The position numbers and the translations under genes are program-made. Shown here piece after piece: positions 10,685-24,300 of a stretch of DNA of 64,000 nt. This DNA comes from Balanoglossus misakiensis (lineage: Eukaryota > Animalia > Hemichordata), in assembly GCA_040954595.2 (NCBI GenBank), contig CM082583.2, positions 13,120,987-13,184,986 of the forward strand, read 5' to 3'. The stretch's first letter is position 1. Each line of letters opens with the position of its first letter. Below the pieces are notes generated by a model. The model had not been told where the DNA came from. It did not search any database and was given only the letters and a program-made list of their open reading frames with translations.

Positions 10685-13417
10685 CAGTTGCCAAGTTGGC
10701 ATTGTCTTATATCATCTCATCTCATCATATTCCATCTTCTAAATCTTGATCAGCTATACAACTGTCCTTGAAAGACAAATATTCCCAGAACGAAAAGTAA
10801 TCATAATCTACCGTTGCTCTGTAGTGGCAGCGTGAGACGTATTATTTTCACGACAGAAAGGTCATATTAAAATTGCATTGGTAGTTATTATCACTACTGA
10901 ATAATTGACTACAAGCTCATCGCATACAGATTTAGGATATACATTTTCCCTGCAGCGGACTTCATTTTCCAGCTCAGAAAACCCATAACGACTCTATACA
11001 AAGCGTCAGTTCCGTTGACTGTTATCACATTCTAAGGCTAATTTTATCGAAAAAGAAAAAACATTCCTTGAGATAACACTTTATAATGTGATTTTTGCGC
11101 AAAACGTCAATGTGTTTTACAGACTTTAAATGTTAGGTCATGGTCACTCGATGTTGTCGCCATGACGCCAATTTATATCTTTCGCCATATCCCCGTTGAG
11201 GGCGAACACGCATGTGGGATCGGTTGTGCAAATGTTTTTGTTGGTGTTTTTCGTCGATACCACCTGAAAAGTCGGCCTTTTCACAGTCTGATCGGTGCAA
11301 AGAATCCCATAAGAGACCGGTAACCGGATCTTATAATGTGGAAATATGAAATTGTCTGCGTCTTGGTGAAAATATAATCGTCAGTCTCATTTAACGTATG
11401 ACGCTCTGTCTTGCAGGATGAGGTGACAAGGAATCTGAAGGATCTTGAAGAAGACAACGCAAGACTTCAAGATTTCATGAAGAAACTGAACGTTTTGATG
11501 GAGAAAGTCAAGGTGATTATCAAGCAATTCTCTTTTGGAGTCAAATGAATTTAGCTGAAGATGTGAAGAATATAATGCAATAGTAGGGTTTGGTTGACGA
11601 TCGAAAAATACTGATCCTTGGCCCTCATACATGTAAGCTAGAATGCGCCTAGGTGTAAAACGTAAGATTTGTTTTCTCTCATTTCAGCACAATGGCGCTC
11701 TTATAAAACAGAATATTGTCACTGAATGTGACAATCTGGTGAAAATCATCGAGAAACGGAAGAGAACGATGCTGAGCCAAGTTGACAAGGAACAATATCT
11801 GAAAGTGCGAGAACTTGAAGGCCAAATGACGTATTGTCGTCGTCTCTTCAGCACTGGGCATTCCGTCATCGTTAGAACAAACAGAGATCTGGAAAATCTA
11901 TCGATGCCCACATTTATGAAGGTAAACTGCGCAACCTGTGTGCATGTGATGTGTGTATGTATATACATGCATGCATGCAACAGTATATAGTTTCATTTCC
12001 GACACTTTGAAATTAACAGTGTACCCAAAAATGGTATGGACATGGATTTTTCGAAAGTCTTACTTTGTTCTTATCATTTCTTCTTATTTCTTCTCTCCAA
12101 CCTGCTGAATGGTGATTCTCGTTATGTTACCCAACATGGTAGAAATCGGACACTCTCATTTCTGAGTAAGTACACATAGTTTTATACTCCTTGTCAGGTA
12201 GAATTATCCACAGAAAGTTGAGATTTTCCCCTTTGGATGGAATTAGATTCGTGCATGAGCATGCGGACGCGCTTTACTAGACACATTTCACCTCATTTCT
12301 AATAAACACTGCGACAATGCGAAACTATGTTTAATATCTTTATTGCGTCAATTCGATCGGATAACTTTCTTTTTGTGATTTTCGCCTGTGCGTTTTTTTT
12401 CACCTGTGCAGTATTGACTGTGCGATAAGGGACCAACCTGTCTTGAGGCCCGCGGAAGACGACAAGTATGACATCGAAGTGGATCTGACAGAGCAGAGAG
12501 AATCGTTGGATAGAATGGAACTGAAGGGGAGAGACTCAAGCGAGGATAGAAATAACACGGCTGGCAAGAAAGAAGGAGACTCAAACGAGGATAGAAGTCA
12601 CACGGCCGGCAAGTCTGAATCGCGCGGACAGTCACGCGACACACACAAGGGCCAATCTCCCAGAGACTCGAAAGGAGCGACGAAAAGGAAGCCCTTGATT
12701 CAAAAGTTGGTGGAAGAGGACGAAGCCCGGGAGAGGAAAGAGCGACAAACTCGGGGAGGAACACCAAAGACCAGTAAACAAAAAGAACAGAAGAAAACGA
12801 AGGGAAAGAAAGAAATGAAGAAGGAAGAGTCGATAGAATCGGATGCAATGAACGGGAAAGATGTGACACTCGAACAGGAGGGTGCGAAGCGAGAGGAAAG
12901 AAATGAAATGCCACCGAAAGAAACTGACAAAGATGAGAATAAACGCAAGGAAGAAGAGAGCACGCCACCAAGTGGTCAGCAAACGACATCGGCACAAGAT
13001 TTGCAGGACGAGAGAGGATATGAAGATGAGAAGTTTGAACAGAGTGACCAAGAAGAACCCGAGCAGCCCAAAGAGGAAAAAGTCCAGTCTCAGTCGGAGC
13101 CAACGACTGACGAGAAAGCGATCAAAGATGACGAAGTGCAGAGTTCCATATACGAAGAGATCGAGTCCATTCCCGCGCCGGAGAACGCGAAGAAGTCGTC
13201 ACGAACGTCGGTGTCGTCGCTGTCGGCTTCTGAGAAAGAACGGAAAATCTCCGACTCACGGAATAGTGTCGGTGGAAGCAAACGCTCGGTACAGAAAGGA
13301 ACGGAAGAGGGCGTGGTTGTGGACGACAATGGGGGAGTCGAACAGATCGCGGAGGAAAGCAACGTTGGTGGCGATGCAGATAGTACTAGTGGAAACACCA
13401 AGTCTGCTGACCAATAG
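8640..13417 (+). CDS. Gene B: paralog of gene A, coiled-coil / COS / long charged tail, apparently RING-less and B-box-less; join(8640..8783,11417..11512,11688..11921,12143..12165,12412..13417), 500 aa
   Basis: Exons of 96 (DEVTRNLKDLEEDNARL..), 234 (HNGALIKQNIVTECDNLVKIIEKRKRTMLSQVDK..VRTNRDLE) and 23 nt (KSDTLIS) have canonical AG/GT sites and are clearly homologous to gene A. The last exon is in frame with ORF 12443-13417; AATAAA at 13638. The first exon (CCGCC-ATG, phase-0 AAG|GTAAAG, ending PYRERK like gene A EYNQKK) is less certain than the other four. Confidence 0.8.
9013..9113. mobile_element. Short non-autonomous DNA-transposon-like element with TAG...CTA termini
   Basis: Inverted ends AATAGACC / GGTCTATT (9011-9018, 9108-9115); the termini match those of the 9833-10502 element. 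No clear target-site duplication. Confidence 0.35.
9833..10502. mobile_element. Non-autonomous DNA-transposon-like element with TAG...CTA termini, inverted relative to 9013-9113
   Basis: Left end TAGACCCGATTAAAC matches the reverse complement of 9100-9113 with one indel. Right end GAGACTCGGTCTA matches the reverse complement of 9013-9025 at 12/13. Confidence 0.35.
10592..10684. repeat. Perfect (TGA)31 microsatellite in gene B intron 1
   Basis: Uninterrupted trinucleotide run seen directly. Confidence 0.98.
12531..12620 (+). repeat. In-frame 45-bp tandem duplication in gene B last exon
   Basis: DSSEDRNNTAGKKE / DSNEDRSHTAGKSE; GAGACTCAA at 12531 and 12576. Confidence 0.85.
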
Positions 13418-14489
13418 AAATCATTAGCCTATTATTTTATATCGGTTTTACAACTCAGTGTTTCCATGCATTTTCTAGATAAGATGTTTAGTCAACTTGG
13501 GACTCGTAATACGTCCAGCTTCTGTGAGATCTCCATGTGTCTCGTTTCCGTTCCTCTGGAAAAAATCTCTCCTCTACATATCTCTCCTTCTGTCCTACAT
13601 ATAAAGAACCAATTCCGTCCAACTCACCTCCACCCCAAATAAAAACGTCAGTAATGATAATTCGCGATAGTTGATTATATCGTATCGTGTCGTGCAGTGA
13701 GGCAACGTTCAGAATCGGTGTAGAGGCTTTTTACATGACTGTGTAATATAACCTTTGTATAAATTATATCTTGATGTTCAGACACACAAAAAAGCCCAAA
13801 CCAAAACGAATCATCTGTATTGTATATAAAATTAATGTACTTTTACTTTGTGTTACCATGGGATGGTGTATAGCCTTGTTAAATAAATGTCTAAATTGAT
13901 ATGAGTATTTTATCTGGATTATAGTCATCCGATTAAAATCTTGCCGCGACATATGATGAGTGTGTTCGACTGAGCGTGATGGGTGTGATTTCATTAGGTT
14001 TTCCCTGGTAACTTTGTTTCCCTTATTCGGGAACTTCCCGGGGGAACTTCCCAGGTGTTCAGGATAAAATTGGTGAGCTTGAGCACAGATGAGAAGACAC
14101 CAGGATACAAGGTGGGCTGAAACTTAGAAAGATAGCAGTTGATCACACTTTTCATTGAGCAAGCATTAAACAATGTCGATAGAAATTGGGGCATGTTGGT
14201 CGCGTAAAATTGGCCGATCTTCCCGGCCTTTGTGAAAGGTGACCCCCCCCCCCCCCCTGGAATTCGACGGGAAATATGGAGTGAGTTGCGCCCTGCTATG
14301 ACCGCAATGAATTTTCAAGGTATTCTAGCACGCCTGTTGCTTCTAGTCCTAGCTCCTGTCGAATTTTCAAAAGTAGAAAAACTCGTGCTGAGTGGAGATA
14401 CAGTCAGACACAGGTGATACTGCAGATGATGAGGTGAGCTCCAGCTATGTACGCCACCTACGACAAAATTCGGAAATTAATTCCCAGCA

Positions 14490-14508
14490 TCCTTTTCGTC
14501 CTCTTTGC
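14490..14508 (+). promoter_or_regulatory. TCT initiator / 5' TOP pyrimidine tract of RPS17
   Basis: TCCTTTTCGTCCTCTTTGC contains two YCTYTYY matches 20-35 nt upstream of the ATG, typical of ribosomal protein genes. A YY1-like AAACATGGCGG lies in intron 1 (14711-14721). Confidence 0.75.
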
Positions 14509-14525
14509 CGTAAGACGATTTCAAA

Positions 14526-15969
<1,444 letters not shown>

Positions 15970-16859
15970 TCACTTTTGTATTTACCATCATTCAGCAGTC
16001 ATGTAATGTATTTTCGAGGGGACCGAAAGAAGTAAAGCAAGTCCATTCAGTGAAAAAAAAAAATTGTTGTGATTCGTGTTTCATTGTGAGTAGTTGGCAA
16101 ACAGTTTGTGGTCACTGTGAACCAATGTTACTTTCTCGGTTCTGTGTAAAAAGGTAAAGGGACAGATTTATACAATCACACTACATACTAATATGCAAAA
16201 TCAAGGGAGCATAGAAATTCAGTTAATTAGCAATCAAAAGCTTGAGGCATTCTTGGACATGTCATATTACCTCCTTATTGGTGGGTGGTAACATGAGCCC
16301 AGGTGGTAGATGTCCAGGCAGAAGCCATCCTGATACCATGTTAACTTTTCGCTGTGCCTCACTGAATGTTGGAATCTAAATTTTAAAAAAGCTTATACAG
16401 CTGACATTGGTGACGTAGACTTCTCCAAGTAGCCTTTTGACCAGGTCTGAAATATACACACTCACACAATGCCTTGGCTAACAACTTTTAAAAGAAAGTC
16501 CCAGTCGGAACAACACAATGCTACCTGTATTCACCATAATGGAATTCCGAGAATTGCCGGCATTCATTGTAATAGGGCAGCGTTCAATATGTGCTACTCT
16601 GCAAGCAGTGTGGTGTAGAACTTTTCACTTGAGAAGTGGTGTGGCCGAGTCTTTCAGGAATGAGGAATTCAAAGAGCATTAAGAAGTCAAATGAAAATGT
16701 TAACAAAAATGTATGTTGCAACCCATGGTGCAGGAATACATAGCGACAATTTGTAGGTATTTTTTCTATTCATGTATACATTTATAAAACGTACTACTGA
16801 TTTGATGGATGTACGGTTGGTTCGTGACGCGTGGGTTGGGGGTTCATTGCTGTTGAAAA

Positions 16860-16878
16860 GGGCGCCATCTACAGGCCA
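16860..16878 (-). promoter_or_regulatory. CTCF-like motif between RPS17 and ELL
   Basis: Minus strand reads TGGCCTGTAGATGGCGCCC versus consensus TGGCCACCAGGGGGCGCTA. Confidence 0.55.
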
Positions 16879-17339
16879 CAGGGGTGCAATGAACATGTCT
16901 GTCATAGCGCACATCGCATCCAGGTCGTGATAAAGTTGGGGAAGCCCGGCCCAGTCAATTTTTAGTGGAAAATCTAAATATACATCATTACATGCTAGCA
17001 AGGAAGTTATATTTACACCAGTTAATCCGTCTGTACAGGGTTGCTGCTGAAATCGAAGTCCAATCATTGTCAATGATTTTGTTTTTCTGGAACTATTCTT
17101 CATCCGCTGCTATGCGACTTACTAACTTTTCGACTTTTTCGACTTACTAACTTTTCGTTTTCACTTCCGATTATAATAATGTACAAGAAAGTTTAATGGT
17201 AGAATTCTTATAATATTAAATATGTAATATGCAGTGACATGTCTTTCAAATGTTTCTTATTATCGAATAATTTTTCCATTGTCATGTCAATTTTGTTTTC
17301 GTCGCATGAGATCAGTAGGTCCTATTAGTAAATTAAAAA

Positions 17340-18330
17340 TCACGCTTCATCGGATCGTCCCGACTCGGGGGAACTTCCGAATTAATCTCGTTTGAGCAGC
17401 GAAAATAACGTCATCCTACACAAACGCACGGAAACCACTTGTGAAGACCACGCACCCCACTGTCTGCCCATCGCAGTTTTCGTTGTCTTCGATTCCCCAA
17501 AGTTCCTGCGAGCTGTGATGACATCGGCGAATTTTTTTCCAGAATCAACATTATTGGCAAATGCATCATATTTTCTCTACTTTGATTCCATGACAGTGAA
17601 AATGGGTAATTTGTAACTGCCTAATAAATTATTTCAAATTATATTATTATTGAAATATTTTACTAAAAGAACAGTTTTGTTTTGAAAGCGGGTGACGAAT
17701 GAGAGTGAAAAGATTGGTAGCACGTCATTCATTACGTAGGTTTTATTGTTTTCGCGTCACATGCATCATTTTTCCTCCTGAGTGATATTAATCTCGTCAG
17801 CGGAGAAAATTAAAACAGCGCTGCCTACGCTATTTGCGTGACAAGACGTAGGGAAGTACGCGTTTACTTTTTACCTTATTCCCCGGCTGCTGATGTCATA
17901 TTTACTTTTGGCCTTCCCGGGTATAGCCCTGTTGAACTGCTATGAATCATGGGACTTCCGAAACACCAATTGGTAATGGGTAGAGTACGATCATCATGTA
18001 GCCTCCAAAATGGCGGCGCTGGCTGAAGGCGAACAATATGGTTTGTCCTCTAGCAGCCTCGCTGGTCCCGGCAAGACCGTGTTATTATTGAAATTGACGG
18101 ACTCATCACTTCGGGCAATAGAGGGATATCAGAAGCTGAAGGTAGGTTTGTGAAATTCGCCAGGACTAACAAGTTTCGGGCTATTTTCCGTCACCATGTG
18201 TGGTAAATAGACTGGTCATACTGGCTTCCCCGATCACCGAATCGTCTGGCTGAAGCCTTTTGGTCACGTAGGACCCCCTCCCGTTAAGATGGGAAATTCG
18301 ACTTTCTTCTGCTATGTCATACCATCACCC
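17340..18330 (+). promoter_or_regulatory. CpG-rich promoter / first-exon region of ELL
   Basis: CpGs are visibly denser than in the downstream intron; CCAATTGG near 17967; YY1-type CAAAATGGCGGC overlaps the start codon; ETS/kB-like GGGACTTCCG near 17950. Confidence 0.65.
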
Positions 18331-21300
18331 TTTCACGCATATTATTCAAGAACAGCACGAATTCAGCATTTAAAGAAATTTTCAACGTGATTTGGAATTT
18401 TGAGGGTGAAAATATTGTGAATGGCGTTCGATATAATCAACGGGCTTCCTACCAAGAAGTCGTACTGTACCTACAGGTCGGAAATGGTCCATATGCTTTG
18501 GATTCCCTTATTCCTAGAAAGACTTGAACTTTAACTGGTGACGTTCTGTTCTTTTTAAATCCAAAGTTGAATTGTATTTATCGGTGGCTAAATGCAAAAT
18601 AACCGGCCCTGATACAGCCTTGTACTTTGGTCACATATTGGCCATGATTTAGATTTCTTCTCAAGTTAAACAATGTATGCTGGCCAAAGTGTCTCGGAAT
18701 ATTTATTAGGAGTAACGACAAAAGATATTTAGGATGTTTTCTTGTCCTCTACTGTTAATTCACTTAAACTTTTGACTTCATATAATATTCTCCACGTTTC
18801 ATCCATTTCAAAGCTGTCATCAGCTGACAATGGAATTGCTGACTTCAGCTGTTTGACAATATGGGAGAATATAAATATAGAAACTATTGATATGGGCAAG
18901 TATGATAAGATATTGACTGTAGGGAATCAGATGATAACATTCCCCCCTCACTCCCCAAAAAGAGGGCAAAATAAAGTAACACTTAACAGCAAATGAGAGT
19001 ATAAAACAGTTTTACATCTAACGATTGTGTTGTGGCGTTTAGAGGGGCTGTGATACTAACAGCTGGTTAATTCGAGTACACAGGCTGTTGAAGTGAAAAC
19101 ATTCGCAACTCAGAAAAACACCCAAAAGCAGTTTTTTTTTTTTTAATTCGTGGCAGGGTAATAAGTACCTTTAATTAAAGTATAACTGTGTTCTGGCCTG
19201 TAAAATATATTTTCAACTTTTTTGTTGTAATAAACTAATATATCCAGAATTGGTGCTCACAGTTCTGGTACAGTGTAGTTTACAAAACATCTGGCCGAAT
19301 TTTTATGGTAATTATATATGAATTAACTTTGGTAAAACTGTCATATCCAAGTAGATCTTGAATATTTACCAAACAACATGTAGCCTACCAGGCAAAGCAA
19401 GAGTTGAAGTTTCTTCCTAATTCCTAGAAACCCATTTAAACTTCGAATGCTTGCTTGGGTATGTAAAACAGTTGAAATATGTCAGCTGTGTGTCTGGGTG
19501 GACCTTATTTGCCTATCTAAATTTCCATTTTAGGGAGCATGTATAACACAAGCCAAATAAAGTGAATTTTGTGTGGATTTTTGCGTACCAGTGTCACACA
19601 GTTCCTACTTCAATTTAATTTTTGTTCTGTGGACTTTTTTCAATCTGCTTCACAGGAAGCAAAGTAAATGCTGATTAGCAGCTAAAATTCCTGTATAAAA
19701 AAAAATACTGGTGAAAATGTAGCTGCTTAGTGTAAGCAAGAAAAGGTTAAGTACCATTATAGTGCAGATTATCCAGTTAGTAACAAAAAGGTGCTGACAC
19801 ACTGTAACTTTTGCAAGCTTTCTCTATATTGTGTGAAAAATATATAATGTGCCATTTATTAAAGTAACAGCCATCTCGAGAAAACTGCCACACTTTATGC
19901 ACTGTTTCTCCCAGGGTTTTGATAGTTCTCATATGTACAAAATAGTGGTAGTCACAGTATTTCGTGCTCATAGGATTAGTTTGATAAACCGCGTAAGGAT
20001 AAATGGTAACAGAAGGTATGAAGTGGGAAACCGTTTTACACATGAAAGCATAGACTTTTAGTAAACCAGGAAGTAGTCAATAGATGTATTATGAACAGAA
20101 ATTACATGAAACGAGAACAATGTATGGTCATATCAGTCGAGTGCCCGTTAGATATTACTAGTCCGGAAAGACCCTTTAATCTACTTTATTGCTTAGAATG
20201 AAAATTAAAAACTTAATACCTGTATTAAAATGAATAATTTAGTAGTTCTGTTCTTCGGCAATTATGTTTAAGGGATAAACAAGTATAGCCATGCATGAAT
20301 GTAGGCACTTTATTAAATAAGGTAGTACACACCTTTGGGAGAGTTCCAGCCAAAAGTTACAGATAGTGAACCTTTAATTAAAGAAGTTTTCATCCAAATA
20401 TTGCAGAATTCATTAATAATTTATTGTGTAGTATACATGTAGTCTTTATATGTGAATTGTTTTTTTAATGTTAATGTAATTGTGCATTGAAAGCTTTTGC
20501 TCTATTAAAACAATTTTATTGATTAAAAATCAGGAAAACAATGTACATAGGTTGGTACTGTAGGCATCAGTGAAGTGAACCCTTAATATTAGTATGGCCA
20601 CATAGGATTAAGAATTATCATCATCTCAGGTTGATTGACTTCAATAATCAAAGTTAAATATTTCATCCTTGTAATACAGGGTAAATTGCTTGTTAACAAT
20701 TGAAGCGTGGTGTATAGCTGTTAATTTTTTTTACAGTGGCTGTGCAATTGGTTTTATAATAACGATTGCCATTCAATTGTAACAGGCTTTTCCTTTAGAG
20801 AGGCACGTTTGCCTCGTGGGTCTTATCTCACAATAAAAATGGATAACTTAATGTGGAAAACTAAAATATGAAAAGATGAGCTGCTGAGTTTAAGCAGGGC
20901 TCTTTTTACATAACAGTCAATTTTTTCTTCTGCTATTGATGTGCTAATTGACTATTGAGCTTTTCAGAAATTGCTGGGAAGAGCATTATGTAATTTCCTA
21001 AATGTTATTATGTAATTTTCAGCGCAAGTCAACCCTGATGTATTTCTCTGTGTCAACACACTGACTGGACATGTTTCATTTCAGAGGTGAATGTTTACCC
21101 TGACGAGTATTTGTGATTGTATCCAATTGGAATCTAGACAATGCCTTTCAAAGCATGTTCACTCTAAGTAATTAAAGTTCAGAGTTTACCTTCTATTGGG
21201 TGACACTGAAAGTTTGCCTGTCTTGAAACCAACTTGCAGACAGACAGATGCACACCAGGTGTGTAGGTGGTGATAACCAGGTAATTTCAAACCTTCCTGA

Positions 21301-24300
21301 AGCAATATAGGTTAGCCAGCTGTCAAAATGTGGTGTATGTTTTGGTAGAGACACAGAGAGTATATTACATTCAATGTAGGTTTGTTTTTTTTGCCCAGTA
21401 CCACACATGATCTGTAAGGTGTATTTTATTCCTGTCATTTTTAATACTGAGTGTGGACATGGTGGGCTTGATTGAAACGCTGAAAATAATTCCCTGGAGA
21501 CTGTTTTAGCCAGCCCCGTTTTTGATTTCTACTGGTAGTAAGATACTATGCCAGGGTGTGGTACCGGTAATAACTGAGTTCACCCAACACTCACAGCCCA
21601 TTGACCACAGTCTGTAAGTAAGGAGTAGCTCATGTTTTGTATCATTATGTGTTTATTGTACATTTTGAAGTTGTCTGTGTTATGCATTGGCACGGTTACT
21701 GGTATCTGTGACATTATACAATAGGGTATATTTTATTTCCACATCATAGCTATGGCAATTAATAAAACAGTTGTGACAAACATACCTAGTAAGTAATATC
21801 AATTGTCATGTTTTATAGAAAAAAATAAACAGGTTTGGAAAACAAGACCAAAAACTAATTTTAAACTTCTTTGTGTGGTGCTCTGGGACAAACTAGAAGT
21901 GCTGGTACTCATAAATTTGAGTTGACCAACGTATTAACTTATAATGTAATATTCCATATTCCAAGGGTCTGAGTTATCTTTTGGCATCTTTTCTCAGTAA
22001 CAGCTATGGTTTAGCAGGCATGCAGCTTGTGTGATGCAGTTCTTTATATTACAACTCACAGGAACCTGTCAATTTGTAGAGCTGTATGGCGAGTGATTGA
22101 TGACGTCTGTCGGATCAAAGAAAATTTCCTGTAGAAAATGTGATTAGGTCACATCAAGAGAATTCATTTCTATGTGTGATATTGTAATTATGAAATTCTA
22201 TAGCAGAAGTCATCCCAAACTGTCCACAGTAGTTGTTTTAACATCCGGGGACCTGTAATCCAAAACTGCCTTTCATTGAGTTCAGCTCTTTCTTACTCTG
22301 GTCTTGTATGTGAATTGTTTTTAGAGTTGTCCTATTTCTCAGCAGGATGTTAACTAAATTAATTCACTTTCCAGTTAATGTTTTAATGAGAAAACCAGTA
22401 TTGTGAAATACATGATAGATGCATATCTCAGATATTTTGCAATGAAAGGATAGTGCATAACAAAAAGCATCATCAGTTTGTGCTCAACAATGAACTGTAT
22501 ATTAATTGAAGTGTAATTAGACTAAAAATAAAATTGATTGTATGTTAAAGGGGCCTTACTTTCTGTGACTAGAATGAGAGTGATGGTTTGATATTAGCAA
22601 TTCCGTGTCACAACATGCTTTCTTACAGAACAATTGTTGAACATTTAGAGTGGCCTGCAATGAATTATCCATCTTTTGACAAAGCATATGGTGTGATCAT
22701 TTCCAGGCTTCCAAAAACATTTGCTGGTACATGCATCATTAGCGTCTTAAAATGAATTGTCATTAAAAATGGATTTGATCTGTTGCAGATCTTTGAAATC
22801 TTTGAGAATTTTTAGTAACACCCAGCATGCACCACTGAAATCCGACTGATCCTTTCATTAACTCTCATCCCATCATGCTTTGTTGCAACAGTCCCAAAGG
22901 CCAGAAACTAGCATTTGGAAAAAAAATGTTGCTCTTTTGGAGTAAAAAAAATAACTCCAAGCAGATGGAATGTGCATGATTGCATTTTTTATGGCAAGAA
23001 TGTATTTGTCTGTAGGTAAGGATGTCTGTTGATGAGTCATAATATGAAGCTTCTCACAGGTGGGATGGGATGGGATGATGTGATTTTGAATGAGGAAATG
23101 GATAGTTATCCTCTCTGCGTAGGTTGTTATACACATTTAATGTACATGTACCTTGACATTTGTCTGCTTCCGTGTGTTGATACATTTTACCAGTTATAAA
23201 AATAGGACAGTGAAGACTCTAGGTGATCATTTGGGTTTTCATGTTTTATTTTTACCCAACATCACCTTAACAATTACGTTACAAATCAAGCTTCACTCTC
23301 TGATTTGCTAACTCTGGGGTGGCCCAGTGTCAGCTAATTGCATTGTTTCTGTATTTGTTTGCTAGTAAGATGTTACAATGAGGTGCTAAATTTGTCAGCC
23401 AGATTGTGCATGGGTTAGCCCTGAGCTGACCCAGTCAGAAACTAACTTCTGATCTGTACTGTAGAGATCAGTGGGTAATAATGAAACATGTAAGAATTGA
23501 AAATTGAAGAATGATCGCAGTCCACTGTGTTAGCGTTGCATGTCCGCTTTTTTGTACCTCAAATTGGATCACATGAACTGTGCTTCTGACCTATAGATTT
23601 ATTCTTAGATCAGTAGTCAACTGCCTCCAGCTCACATATTCAGTCAGACCTGGAAAAATCTTACTGAACTCTATAATATTTAACGGCACGAAACATGTTA
23701 GGAAGTATATCGTTCACAGTCACTTTCCCTGAAAATTTAAAAACAAATTAATTTTATGTATTCTCAATTTATTTGCCATGGAGTGTCAGTTTGGCATTTT
23801 GAACAGAAATGCGGTCATTTGCTGTGGACTTCTTTCATTGGAAATAGTTAAAACTCCATTATTCACATGAAGAGGCACAATACAGAAGGATAGCCTTGGG
23901 GGAGTTACGGAGAAACAGGAAGTGGAAATTGATGGGTTGTGATACGCACCGTATTTTATCAAGGTGATCTGTCCTCTGTGTTCAATTAAAAATCATGTCA
24001 TCAGAATTCGAATGATTACCGGTATCTTTTAATCGCTCTGATTGTAAATGATGTCAACTCTGTTTTCATGAATATGCAAATAGGCATTGACTGAAAATTT
24101 GGACAACAGTTAGTGATTTACCTGTGTGGTCGTGCCGGAAATGCATGTACAGGTTGACAGATGTACAGACACTTCCATTTGTTAAACTTAATTATACGAG
24201 TAATTTAAACAGAAATTGACACAAGAAACAACTAGTTGCTCAAGACTACATATTGATAACAACATGTATATTGACCAAATTTACCCGTCAGGTAGAAGGG

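Noticed and set aside
12348-13427. Long minus-strand and alternative-frame ORFs (251, 139, 181 aa)
   Set aside because: Shadows of the E/K-rich last exon of gene B.
16636-16652. tRNA A-box-like GTGGTGTGGCCGAGT
   Set aside because: No B-box or cloverleaf follows.
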